Below, one piece after another: positions 48,645 to 59,862 of a stretch of DNA of 64,000 nt (its first letter is position 1; each line of letters starts with the position of its first letter). A program made the position numbers and the translations under genes. Under the pieces are notes generated by a model. It saw only the letters and a list, made by a program, of their open reading frames with translations. It had not been told where the DNA came from and did no database searches. The stretch is from assembly GCA_965112735.1 (NCBI GenBank), contig OZ218960.1, forward strand, positions 62,001-126,000, in the 5' to 3' direction. This stretch comes from Phaeosaccion multiseriatum. Lineage: Eukaryota; Protista; Ochrophyta, other classes.

Positions 48645-51600
48645 TGTCCACATACGCGACGAGGGCGAGAGTGCCGCTCGGTGCCCCTCGGGGGACTAAT
48701 AAAGGGCTCCTCGACTTCTGAGGATGGGAGTCCTCGCAGCGCGCGGGGAGGCGTCGCCAAAGCCAAAGCACCCCCACCACCACAACCACCCGCCTCTCGA
48801 GAGCCATCCTCCGCCGCCGACCGCCGCCGCACGGGAGGGCCTATCGCCTGAACTGCTCTTCTGCTCCTTCCTCGCCGTTCACGAATGTTCCGTTGGCCAT
48901 CCTCCTCCATCTCCCCCTCCTCCTCCTCCCTCCCCCCATCCCTCCTTCCCTCCTCCTGCGACTCCTGCTGCTCCCGCTGCTCCTGCCCCGCATTTCCTTC
49001 TGCCGCTGTCAAGAATCCCCTCTCCCCATCACTGCTGAGGTCGAATTGTGGACTGGGCGGGCGCCGCACAGTGACTCGGTGAGTTGGAGCCTCCAAATGC
49101 TGTTGCAAGGAGGCACACGGTCCTCGAGCAGCAGCAGTTGGTGATACAGCACAAATAGCAGGGCCGTCGGGACGCGAGGGGGGCGGTGACGGGGTGTAGG
49201 CGTACGAAGAGAACAGATCCAAGACAGGCGAAGACGGACCCCGGGGTGAGTCCGCGTCCCCGGATGCCAGCGCCCGCCACCGATGGGTGTACCTCCCCGT
49301 CGCCGCCGCTCCTTCCTCTTCCCCACTTCCTCCGTTGCCATCTTCTTCACCTTGGGCCTCCCCCGCGTCCCAATACCCGTCCTCCACCAGCGGGCCGTGC
49401 TTCTTCGCACGCCGTGTGGGCGACAACTCTGCTTGCTCTTCTTCTTCCGTTGCTGCGCACCTCTCAGTGGGATGCTCTCTCTCTTCCTCCCCCTCCTCCC
49501 TCTCCTCCTCGACTTGGAACCGTCCCTCCTCTACAGCCCGTTGCTGCTGCCTCTCCTCCTCATCTTCAGCCCCGTCCCCCCCTGTCAAAGGCCCTGTAGC
49601 CATAGCTCTCCACCCTCTCTTTCTCCGTCGCGTCGACTGCTGACTCCTCCTGGTGTGCTGACCAGCTCCAGTAGTTGGTGCTACAGCAGCAGCTGGTGAT
49701 ATAGCCGCAGCAGCACTAGCTCTGTGGGAAGTACCGCCGACTTGTCTGCTGCCATCCCCTCCTAGAGCGAACATACGACTACTTGCTCCTCCTGCCGCAG
49801 GTGCATCACGTGCACCACCTCCCGTAGCACTAGCAGCCTCCTCAGCAGCTGCCTGGTGATAGTCCTCAGCAGCTGCCTGGTGATAGTCATCGGTGCGGTC
49901 ACCGTTGCCATCCTCCTCATGGTATTGATGGGTGCCATCCTCGTTGGTGCCCCCCTGGGCATACTGATGGGTGTCATCACTGCCGAATGCCAAGAAGTCT
50001 CCTCTGAGCGACGTGCCCCTCCTTCCGTCTCCTCCCTCTGCCCCTGTCTGATCGCCCTTGACCGATGCAATGTCCCTACCCATACGATTGCTCCATACCC
50101 ACCCCGCATCCGATGTCCACCGACTCGCTGCTCCCCCATCATGGCATGGCTCAAGGGCAGCAGTTGGTGATACAGCAGTACGGCTGGGTCCCGAGGGTTG
50201 GCCATGATGTCCCTGGTGTGGGGGCGTGCGCTGGTCTGGGGAGCGCAGATCCACGTCGGACAGAGCGCCACTGGGGAGACAAGCAAGCAAGCAAGCAAGG
50301 AAGGAAGGAAGGAAGGAAGGAAGGAAGGAAGGAAGGGGGGAAGGAAAGAAGAAAAGAAGTAAGGAAGGGAGCAAGTAGGACGGAAGGAAGGGAGGAAGGA
50401 AGGAAAGAAGGAAGGAGGGAAGAAAAGACAAAAGGAAGGAAGGAAGGAAGAAAAGAAGGAAGAAGGAAGGAAGGAAGAGGGGGCGAAAAAGCGAAGGGTG
50501 AGGAGGAGACGAGAAGCAGAGATGAGTGGAGAGACGGAAAGGGAGCCGAGAGTGGCAGAGGGAGAGGAAGGTCGCGGCCGTGAAGGGAGCGGCAAGGAGA
50601 GGAGTAGCGGGGCTCGCAGCGATGACGGAATGGGGGGGAGTGGGGTTGTAGGGGAGTTGGTTGTACGTGGGGTATAGGGCAAAGGGACCGGTAGGTAGGG
50701 GTCCGTGGGAGGGCACCGCTACAGCTACCGCTACTGCCTGACTGCCTGTCCGCAAGGAGCAAGGCGAAGGCCCATCTGGCCATCTCACCTGGTCACTTGT
50801 TCGTCTGCAGGTAGAGCAGCGAGCCTCAGCGCTGCCTCCGCGTCTGCCGCTGAGCCCCTCAAGTCCGTCCCATCCCCTCCATCCACTGCCATCTGCCCAC
50901 CTCTGCCCACCCTCCCCGTCGGCTGCAGCGGCAAGACTGCCGTCACCGCCGGCCGTACGAAGCCGGTCCGCCCCGTGGCAATGCCCATGCCCAGTGTGGT
51001 TTGCTGCTGGCTGACAGAGAACAACGACGATGGAACCCCTCGTCCTCCCCGACCCTCCCCCGTCCCCTCCACTGCCGATGTCGCTGTATCACCAACTGCT
51101 GCAGCTGCTGCTACTGCGTCAGCGCCGGCGTGGGCCTCGTCGCACTCCTGCACCTTACGTCGGAGGTCGCTCAAGGAGCAATCCGGCACCTGACGAGGAG
51201 GATGGCAGTGGATGGGGCGGGGGGAGGGGATGAGGAGGAGGAGGAGGGGGGGGAGGCGGAGAAGGAGGAAGAGGGTACACGATTTCAGGTTGTAAGTACT
51301 GAAACTGAAACCGAAACTTTAGTACTCCTAGGGTACGCACCACATGGGGGAAGGCGGAGAGGAAGGCCAGGAGCAGGCCGGCAGTGCAGCAGCGAGCAGC
51401 TAGAGAGTCCGAGAAGTGGATCACAGACTTGTCTGCTTCGCTCAGGAGGTCGAAGCTGTGGCGCACACGCATGCATACATCACAGGGAACAAGGGAGGGG
51501 AGGAAGGGTAGGGGAGGGGCATTACACCATATGAAATTGTTGGGCTCGGCGCTCTGTCTCTGACATCTGTGACATGTGCAAGCTCTCATTGCAGCGATGA

Positions 51601-52631
51601 CCAACACGTGTGATCTTCTTCAGCGAGACAGCAAGGCGTCCAGAGGAAGGTTAAGCCAACTTGGTTAAGCACGCAATGAATCGTCCATGGCCAATCAATC
51701 CGCAAGTTGTGATGCCCAATTGTGCCCACCTCGTCGGGTCGCACTCCATCTCGAGCATGAAGATGGGCCACACCCGGTGCTGCTTGCCAGAGCTCGCGTC
51801 GCTGCGACTGCCCGCGCCTCTGCCTGGGGCCTTGTTCACACCACCTCCTCCTCCTCCTCCTCCTCCTCCTCCTGCTGCTGCTGCTGCTCCTCCTCCTCCT
51901 CCCGCCGAGCCCTCCCCTGTGGCGGCAGCCGAGGAGATGGCACTCGAAGGCGCAGTAATAGCAGCAGCAGCAGCAGCAGCAGCAGCGGTGGTGGAGGCCT
52001 GTCGGGCCAGGAGGAGCTTGCAGCATTGGCTGTACACAGAGTTGATGAGGGCAGTCACCTCGGGGAACTTCCGCACCCACCGCCTGGGGCGAAGGGGCAG
52101 GGAAGATGGCAGTGGATGGACAGGATGGTAGTGGATGGAGAGACGAGAGCCAGGGGATGGCAGTGTATGGAGGGCCAGGGCGGGAGGGGACAGGGAGCAG
52201 GGAGCAGGGCCAGTTTGTGAGTGCCTGCCAGCTTCGGTTGTCCAGATTCAGATTCCAGCTTCAGTTTGTAGTGCCAGTTTCAGATTGCTTCTCCCCCCCC
52301 CAGCGTTCAGAAAACAGGAGCTAGGTGGGGCTGTTGCAACACCGTCGCCTCTCCCGCCCTTAGAGCGAAGGGAAGGAGTCTCTCTCGCCAAAAGGGCCCA
52401 ATACGAGGACCTCTTCTCCCCCTCAACCCTCTGCACTGCCGGGCGAATAAACTGGAAGTGAAACTGTAGCCCTCGTGCGTGCGCGTCACCTGTTGATGAA
52501 GGCGAACTGAAGCTCCTTGTTCCAGTGGCAGTGCTGCGTGGAGGGCTCGCTCAAGAAGCCGGAGATGCGGAAACCGCGATACTCATGCTGGGGGGGGGGG
52601 TGGGGGGGTCGCGTGTTGTGTGAGTGGGTGT

Positions 52632-52672
<41 letters not shown>

Positions 52673-54428
52673 GGTAGGTGGGTGCACGTAGGTGCCAATA
52701 TGAGTCGAGGAGCAGGGAGGGCGTTAGAAAAGAACGCGGTAAGGCAGGGAGGGGTGGTCAGATTTCCGCGGATAAGGAAAGCACAGAGGTCCCGAAAATA
52801 AGGGGCCTCTCTGTCCCTCCCATCCACTGCCATCCCTCTGCCCCTCTACCCTACCCATTCACTGCCATCCCTCTGCCCCTCTACCCTCCCCATCCACTGC
52901 CGTCCTTCCGCCCCTCCCGTCCACTGCCATCCCCCTGCCCCTTTAACCCACTGCCATCCTCTGTCATTCCTTTGCGCCTCTCACCTGCACGGGATGCATG
53001 GCCCTGCGCTTGTCCTCCCCGAAGAGAAGCTCGAAGCGCGCAGATGGCGACGCGCACGGAGGGCTCTGAAGCACCACCTTGCCCCTGCGAGAGCTGGGCG
53101 AAGGCGTATGGGGAGGGAGATTAGAGGACTACGGGAAGGAACAATAGAGAATAAAGCACGCTCGCACGCACTCACGCACCACGCACTCACCCGTCCTTGA
53201 GCACGAAGGCCACGCCTGCATGAAGCAGCGAGATGCTGAGTATCGTCTCCCTGAGCCTGTTTCACACCCCAAGTTCCAGTTCATGCAGTTCGTGGGGTCG
53301 GGCAGGTGTTGAGATGAAGGCAACCCGATAATACTGAAGGGCAGATTGTCCTTCTCTCAACAGTGGGTCACTACACACACATCAAGCATCCATGATCGTC
53401 AGACAGCGTGTCCCACAGAGCTCACACGGACCTGGCGAGCTGCTGCTGCATGTCCAGGGCTCTCCTCCGCACGGGATAGCGGTAGAATAAGTCACGCACA
53501 GTCACCACGGTGCCGTGACCCACCGCGGCTAGCGTTCGGGCAGCCTCCAAAGCCGAGGAAGAGGAAGGGGAAGAGGAAGAGAAGGATGGGGTAAAGGATG
53601 ATGCGCTGGTGCCCTGCCTACAGGGCTGAGCTGCTGGGGCTGTAGCTGCTGGTGCTGGTGCTGGTGCTGACCCCGGGGGGTGCGGCGTGACCTGCTTGCA
53701 GGGCAGCACCTGCCCGCCCCGCACCATCTTGGAAAAGGCGCTTGCGGCACCGGGGCGGCGCGATGTCACCTCCAGCAGAGACGTGGTGGCCAGGGACACA
53801 AGAGCCTCGCCTCGAAAGCCGTACGAAGAGGCCGACGCCATGTCATGCAGGCTTTGGGCTGATGCGTGTGGGTGAGTGTGTTTGAAGGGAGGGGAAGTGG
53901 CAGTGCGGTTTGTACTATCAGGGGCGTGAAGGCAAAGAGGTTACAACACCTCTTCTTTAGCACTGTATTCAGGGTCAGGGATAAGATATAAGATAGAAGA
54001 GCGAAAGTACGAGTGCGTAGGGTCTCCTTATCCCTCTGAAAAGGATAGATACGGTGAATCCATCGTGAGACCGAGCAGCCAAACGTCCAAGCCAAGCAAC
54101 GACATTATCAATCAAGCTGGATAGATGCTTCCCCACCCCCCTTCCCTTTTACTGTCTCACCCTTAGAAGTAGCGTGGGCCGTCCCTGTGAGCCCCTGAAG
54201 CGCCGCCTCCTCAATGCCATGCCCATTGTCCGTCACCTGTACTCTGTACGAAGGGAAGTCGCAAACCACCTCGATAGCGGAGGCGGAGGCATCCAGACTG
54301 TTGTAAACCAGTTCCTCCACAACCTGCGCAAAGCTACCCAGCACAGCAGCGGAGCGAATCTGCTGCGCCGTTCCCTCCACGATACGCTCCACTACGGGGG
54401 CTGGCTGAGGAGGGTGCCGTGAGGGCAT
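45486..54428 (-). CDS. MLH3: DNA mismatch repair / meiotic crossover protein MutL homolog 3
   Basis: About 10 exons. GHKL ATPase motifs VVEELVYNSLDA, VTDNGHGI, HATSK, YGFRGEAL, GTVVTVRDLFYRYPVRR. C-terminal VIGQ|VDLRFI, DQHAADERVKL, KACHSAVRFGD and LPFQCAHGRPS, the last being typical of MLH3. Confidence 0.92.
45791..45995. repeat. Tandem decamer minisatellite (GATGGCAGGG/GATGGCAGTG) abutting the acceptor of the last MLH3 exon
   Basis: About 20 degenerate units are directly visible. Confidence 0.92.
50281..50478. repeat. (GCAA)n/(GGAA)n polypurine tract in an MLH3 intron
   Basis: Directly visible. Confidence 0.9.
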
Positions 54429-54751
54429 TGTCTCGCTGTTGCCACTGCTGTCCCTACGGGTGCTACCCTAGCTGCTACTTCCCCTCCTCCTCCCCAACGG
54501 GCACGGCCGAGGAGGTAGTGATGATCGATTAAGAGGAGAGAGAGCTCCCCCAACACACTCGCCATCTGTGAAAGGAGAACCAACCCTCGAACGTCGAAAC
54601 ATTCCCCCGCATTCCCCCACGATATCCCCCCAATAGGATGATTCCTATTAAGTAAATACATAAAATTCCCCACGTGCAGGCTCATTCTTCTGCATAAAAA
54701 GCGCTTTGGTCTTTGTTGGGAGCGGTGAGGTGGGGTTGAAAGGGCATTTCT

Positions 54752-56044
54752 CTATTCCTTGGGGGAAGTAGCTCTAGGATACAAAAAGAAAGGGGTACAC
54801 AGCAGTTGGTGATACAGCACAGGATGAGAGATGAGCGCTGCGAAGAGGATTACATTTACTCCCTCTACGCTTGCTCGTTGGTGTCTCGCTTGAGGTGCAA
54901 GAGAAAGACTACCTCCGCCAGAAGGGGGCCTTGGACGCCCACCGTCTCCGTGTCCGTAAGGTACCATCGTAACGCTGCATCTTGCGCATCTTGCTCCTCT
55001 TGTCCGCCACTTCCTCGGCCCTTCGCAAACGCGTCTACAGCCCGTTACACCCGTAACGGCACGGGGCGTCGCGTGTTGCTTCCCATGCCGCGTGCGTGAA
55101 CTCCGACGGCGGATGGCGTGGGTCGCTGGCATCACGACACGAGAGGAGCCACCCCGTAGCAGTCGCCCCTCCTCCTCTGCCCTGCTCACTTGCACACCTT
55201 CGTAGCACTGTGTAACGGCATTGGGAAGGTCCCGGGGAGAGTCGTGCGCTGTGAAGGGCCGACTGCTGCAGGCAGCAAAGGGGCAGGCAGCAAAGGGGCA
55301 GGCAGCAAAGGGGCAGGCCAGGCTACGCAAGCCCGACCCCCTTCCTCTTCCTGCTGCGGCTTCGGCGGCGGCATTCTCGATGGCGCGAGGGACGCAATCG
55401 CCGCAAACAAAGTGCTTGACAACGGCAACGTTGGTGGCGTCTGTTCCCTCTTCCCGCTCGGGGCTGCACTCCATGCCTCTGAGGGCGTTGCGGTCTCCAT
55501 TCAAGCACAAGCAACAGGACCTGCCTGCCTGACTGCCCTGGAGCGAAGCCCGCGCTTCAACTCAGCGCTTTGCACCCATCAGCAGCTCGGCTCGGTCGAC
55601 AAAGGGTGTGGCTATGCTCTGTGGGTCCTCAACAAATTATCACTCTACTAACCCACCTGCCTCCTCTGTTGTCGCTCGAGTAAGGCATCGCCCGTCACTC
55701 TGGCCCGCCAGCTCTCAGCGTCACGCCGTATCCTCTCCAGCTCCACCTCCACCTCCTCCTCCTCCTCCTCCTCCTCCTCCTCCTCGTCGTCGTCGTCGGC
55801 GTCGTTGTCTCTGCATGCTTCTACTCTCACTATCCACCCCGTCGCTCACACCTTCGAGTAGTACTAGTAACAGCAGCAACAGCGGGCCCCTCACTTTCTC
55901 AACACCACGGCACCAACAAAGGCTCTGCGATGCTCCCACCCCCCTCAAGGCTGCCCATTGTCACAGGCTGACACTACTGCTGCTGCGGCTGTAGCTGCTG
56001 AGGATAGTCCGCCTAAGCCTTGCTGCTGCTCTTGCCGTGCCATC

Positions 56045-56080
<36 letters not shown>

Positions 56081-56886
56081 GTTTTGTTTGTGGCGTTATC
56101 ATCTGCTGATGTCAGTGGTGCTTCCCATCTACCGATGACTTTTGTGCATCACATCTGCTGGTGTCATTGGCGCGTGAACACCACGTATTGTCTGGGGGTC
56201 AACCCTGGTGGGGTCGATGGCACGTATTGTCTACGGGCAACGGTTGGGATTATCTTCTCAGCGTTGCTGGGACCACAGCCACAGAGACGCCACTTCCATG
56301 CCGCAGCGCCAGCGACCACCATGCCTGCCGCGATCAGCCCCAAGATGAGGCCCAGTTGTACGGCACTCCCTGCCGCAGTCTTCATTTCGTACTCCACTTG
56401 GACCGAGAATGTGCAATCGTACCACCAGTTCGCGCAATAGATGAGCACACAAAACCCGTCGGCATCATCTCCAAAATCAGCGTACTCAGTCATGGCCACT
56501 GACACATCCGAAGTCCGAGACTCAAAGGAGTACGCAGGGGATATCAATACTTCATCGAGGCTTGCTGTGGAAGTTACTTGGGCGCAGTTTAACACAAGGT
56601 ATATACTAAGCTCCGTGTCGCTCCCGAGACCAGTTACTGAGTATGTCACCTTCTCGCCAAGGTCTGAGGACATACACGAGGCATAAGTGGCCCAAGATAA
56701 AGCGCCGAGTGTCTCCGATGAGCTGGCATGGTCACACTCTGAGCTGAAGGAGTCCAGGGCGAAGCTGCTGTTTGCAGGTGCTGTCCCATTCCAATGCGGG
56801 GCACCAGCAGTGCTGTTCTTGGAGACGAGCGCCATGGCCCCCTCCAGCAGAGGCGACACGTTGCCCATTCCGTGCGAGTTCCCCAT
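54752..56886 (-). pseudogene. Probable pseudogene of a membrane-anchored RING/RBR-like protein
   Basis: Intact 240-aa ORF (56886-56164) with an ectodomain and a TM helix (LGLILGLIAAGMVVAGAAAW). Coding-like sequence continues through TGA stops and frameshifts (poly-Q, poly-E) to ELLMGAKR*VEAR...SCCLC...MECS...KHFVCGDC...LACPFAAC, a RING-like Cys/His pattern. Confidence 0.5.
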
Positions 56887-57167
56887 ACTCGCTGCAGTGT
56901 GGACGGTGGTGTGTGCTTCGTTTCAGACCCCGTAGCACTCTTGTTTGTTTCTCTTTGCCACCATCCTCCCCTCGGCGACTGTTGCAGAGCGAGCGTTTCA
57001 AAGCTTCCATGGAGCACGTCGCAGCTTCTGCACACACACATGGTGTCCCCTTGCATGGTTCTGTTCCCCCCTCCCACATACTGAATCTGTAATCATCAGT
57101 TACGGCGAGATGAAACTGCCAGGCGCGGAAACCAGAACCTTTCCAGGCCTACTGTACTATTTGGGGT

Positions 57168-57700
57168 TGCCTACATGTAGCGAGGGCCGTAGGACTTCGG
57201 CCTATTTATATGCCGCCGCCTAGGCGGCCTAGGCGGCCTAGGCGGGCCGAAGGCCCGCGGCCTAGGGCAAACGCCAACTAGGCGAACGGTGGGAGAGGCC
57301 AGAGTGCAAAGAGTAGTCAGTTTTAAGCAAATGCATTGCATGGGATTGGAAGTGAGGAGTAGAGTAGACTGGGTTCGTGTTGACTCTTTCCGCCTCGCTG
57401 GCCCTACGAGGAGTGAAGGCCTACAGGTGTGCTGCTACCCACTGGCTGGGCGGCACCACGCACGCGCCCACGGTCACTGGGAGGCTGCCTAGAGGCGGGC
57501 TAGAGGCCGCCTAGGACTAAAAAGTGAGCAGCCTAGAGCGGCCGAAGGCTGAGCGGCCTAGCGGCCTAGAGCAAAACCGCTAGGCGTGCATGGGGCTGAC
57601 CAATAGCATACTTTCGAACCCTGCTATAGCATCCGGCTGACGCTGGCGATAGCAGATAGCACGCCGGCTGGCGCCGGCGATAGAAGATGCATAGCGCGCC
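57168..57700. repeat. CCTAG(G)-rich repeat element with degenerate direct repeats
   Basis: (CCTAGGCGG)x3 near 57219-57245. GGCCGAAGGC...GCGGCCTAGRGCAAA...CTAGGCG occurs at ~57245-57283 and ~57540-57586. Composition resembles the ends of the 14849-16227 element. Confidence 0.55.
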
Positions 57701-57743
57701 GAAGGAAGGGGGTGATTGTGCTACTCGGCCGCGCCCTCATCGT

Positions 57744-59228
57744 TCATCCTCCTGTTCCTCTTCCTTGTCCGCCTCCTCCGTTCTTGTCCTGCTTGTCCTC
57801 TTGATGCCCCCCCTCCTCCTCGTACTCTTCGTGGTCGTCCTCGTACTCCACTTCCTCCTCACAACAATGCCCACTACCCACCCCATTGCTAAGACCCCGG
57901 CCCCCCATCCCATGCGAACTAGCAACAGCAGAAACACCAACAGTAGTGGCAGCAGCAGCAGCCGGAACAGCAGCAGGAGGAGCAGGGAGAGGAGGGGCAA
58001 CGGGGGCAGAAGGAAGAGCAGCACCATGAGGACTCGACGTCCAGTTCGAAAATGGCCCCGCTCCTCCTTCCCCGCCGCTCCTAACACCGCTGGCAGCAGG
58101 AGCAGCTACTGGTGATACAGCACTAGCCCCATCTCGAGGGAGGGCGGGAAAGCCCATGACGACAAGCTGAGCCAACGTAGGTCCTCTACCGGCCTCCATG
58201 TCCCCCTTCTTCTTCTTCGTCTTCTTCTTCTTCATCATCTTCGTCTTCGTCCTCTGCACATTCTGCTCCTCGACGTAGTCCTCCTCCCCCTCTTGCGCAA
58301 TGACCTCTGGCTGCTGTATCACCAGCTGCTGATCGACCTGCTCCTCCTCCTCCTCCTCCTCCTCCTCCTCCTCCTCCTCCTCCTCCTCCTCGACGAAGGC
58401 AGGCATGTCCTCTTCCTCCCCAGCAGCAGCAGTGGCCGAAGTAGCAGCAGCAGGCGCAGCAGAAGGATAATTGCCAGGGCGAAGGGCATTGACAGTGTCC
58501 ATCACTAATGCTACTGCGGCTCCTTCCTGTGGAGACGAACCCTCTGCCCAGACACACCCCTTCTCCTCCTTCTCTCTCGCCGTAGTACCCTCGCCCTGCT
58601 GCTGCTTGTCGCGTTGTTGTTGCTGCGCCCTCGCCCTGCGTCGTCGTCCTTCAAGCTGCCGCCCCTGCTGCCTCCGCGCTTCGCCAGCTGGCTTGCTGTC
58701 GCCGTGTGCCTGCTGCTGTATCACCAACTGCTGCTGCTGCCGAAGCTTGGCAAAGCCTGCGCGGCCTGACAGCTGGGGGGCGTGTGTGCACTCCCTCCCT
58801 TGCTCCTCCCACGCGCTCCTCGCGAGGTCTTCCCTCTTCTCGCGCTGCCTCGTGGCGTCCATGTAGAGCTTCTCATGCACGGTGCAGGAGAGAAGCATTG
58901 CCTCGGTGGTGGTGAGGTGATCTTTACTCGAGCAATACTCTTCCTCTTCCTCCTCCTGCTCCTCCTGCTCCTCCTGCTGCTCCTGCTGCTCCTGCTGCAG
59001 CTGCTGCTCCTGCTGGTGGTGGTGCTGGTGGTGGTCCCGCTCCCTCCGCTGCCGCACCCCTCGCAGCAGCAAGCGCCTCTTCCTCTGCCTCTCGGCGTGG
59101 ATGGCCTCTGCCTTGGGGGTAATGGTGGGTGTGAAGGTGAGTTCCGACTCAGAGCAGTCGTCCCAATCGCGCAGGTGCTCGGGAATCACGTAGCGCTGCT
59201 GCACTTCCTGCTGGCCCTGTATCACCAA

Positions 59229-59266
<38 letters not shown>

Positions 59267-59828
59267 CAGTGCGGTCGCTCTTGGTCCATGCCGTACCACT
59301 GGCGACCATCTGCCGCCTATGAGAGGCGAGCAGGTGGGCTGTCGGAGGCCCCTGTCCCTGTCGGCTTTGCAGTTGGCTCTCCACGAGAGCGCAGAACTTA
59401 GTGAACGTAAGCATGGCGCCTGCAGTACCACCCCCCCCTAGTTGGAGACCCTCCTCCTCCTCCTCCTCCTCCTCCTCCTCCTCCTCCTCCTCCTCCTCCT
59501 CCTCCTCCTCCTCCTCCTCCTCCTCCGCTGCTACTGGATCGCCAAGCACTGCTGCGCCACCGCTGCCGTTGAAGGAACCGGATCGCAGAGGGGCGAAAGC
59601 ATCATGCACGAGCTGTGCGAGCTCGCTACCGTGCTGCTGCAGCAGTTGGTGATACACGTCAATGCCGTCGAGCTCGAGCCGCATGCCCCTCCAGGCCTCG
59701 CTCGAGTCGTCCAGGATGGCCTTCACCGCCACGGCCCGGGACTTCTCGTCCTCCTCGACTCGGAGACCCTCCTCCTCCTCCTCCTCCTCCTCCTCCTCCT
59801 CCTCCTCCTCCTCCTCCTCCTCCTCCTC

Positions 59829-59862
<34 letters not shown>

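Noticed and set aside
56100-56166. In-frame TGA codons as possible selenocysteine or readthrough
   Set aside because: The stops are not at Cys-like positions, frameshifts also occur, no SECIS is evident, and TGA is a normal stop in neighbouring genes.
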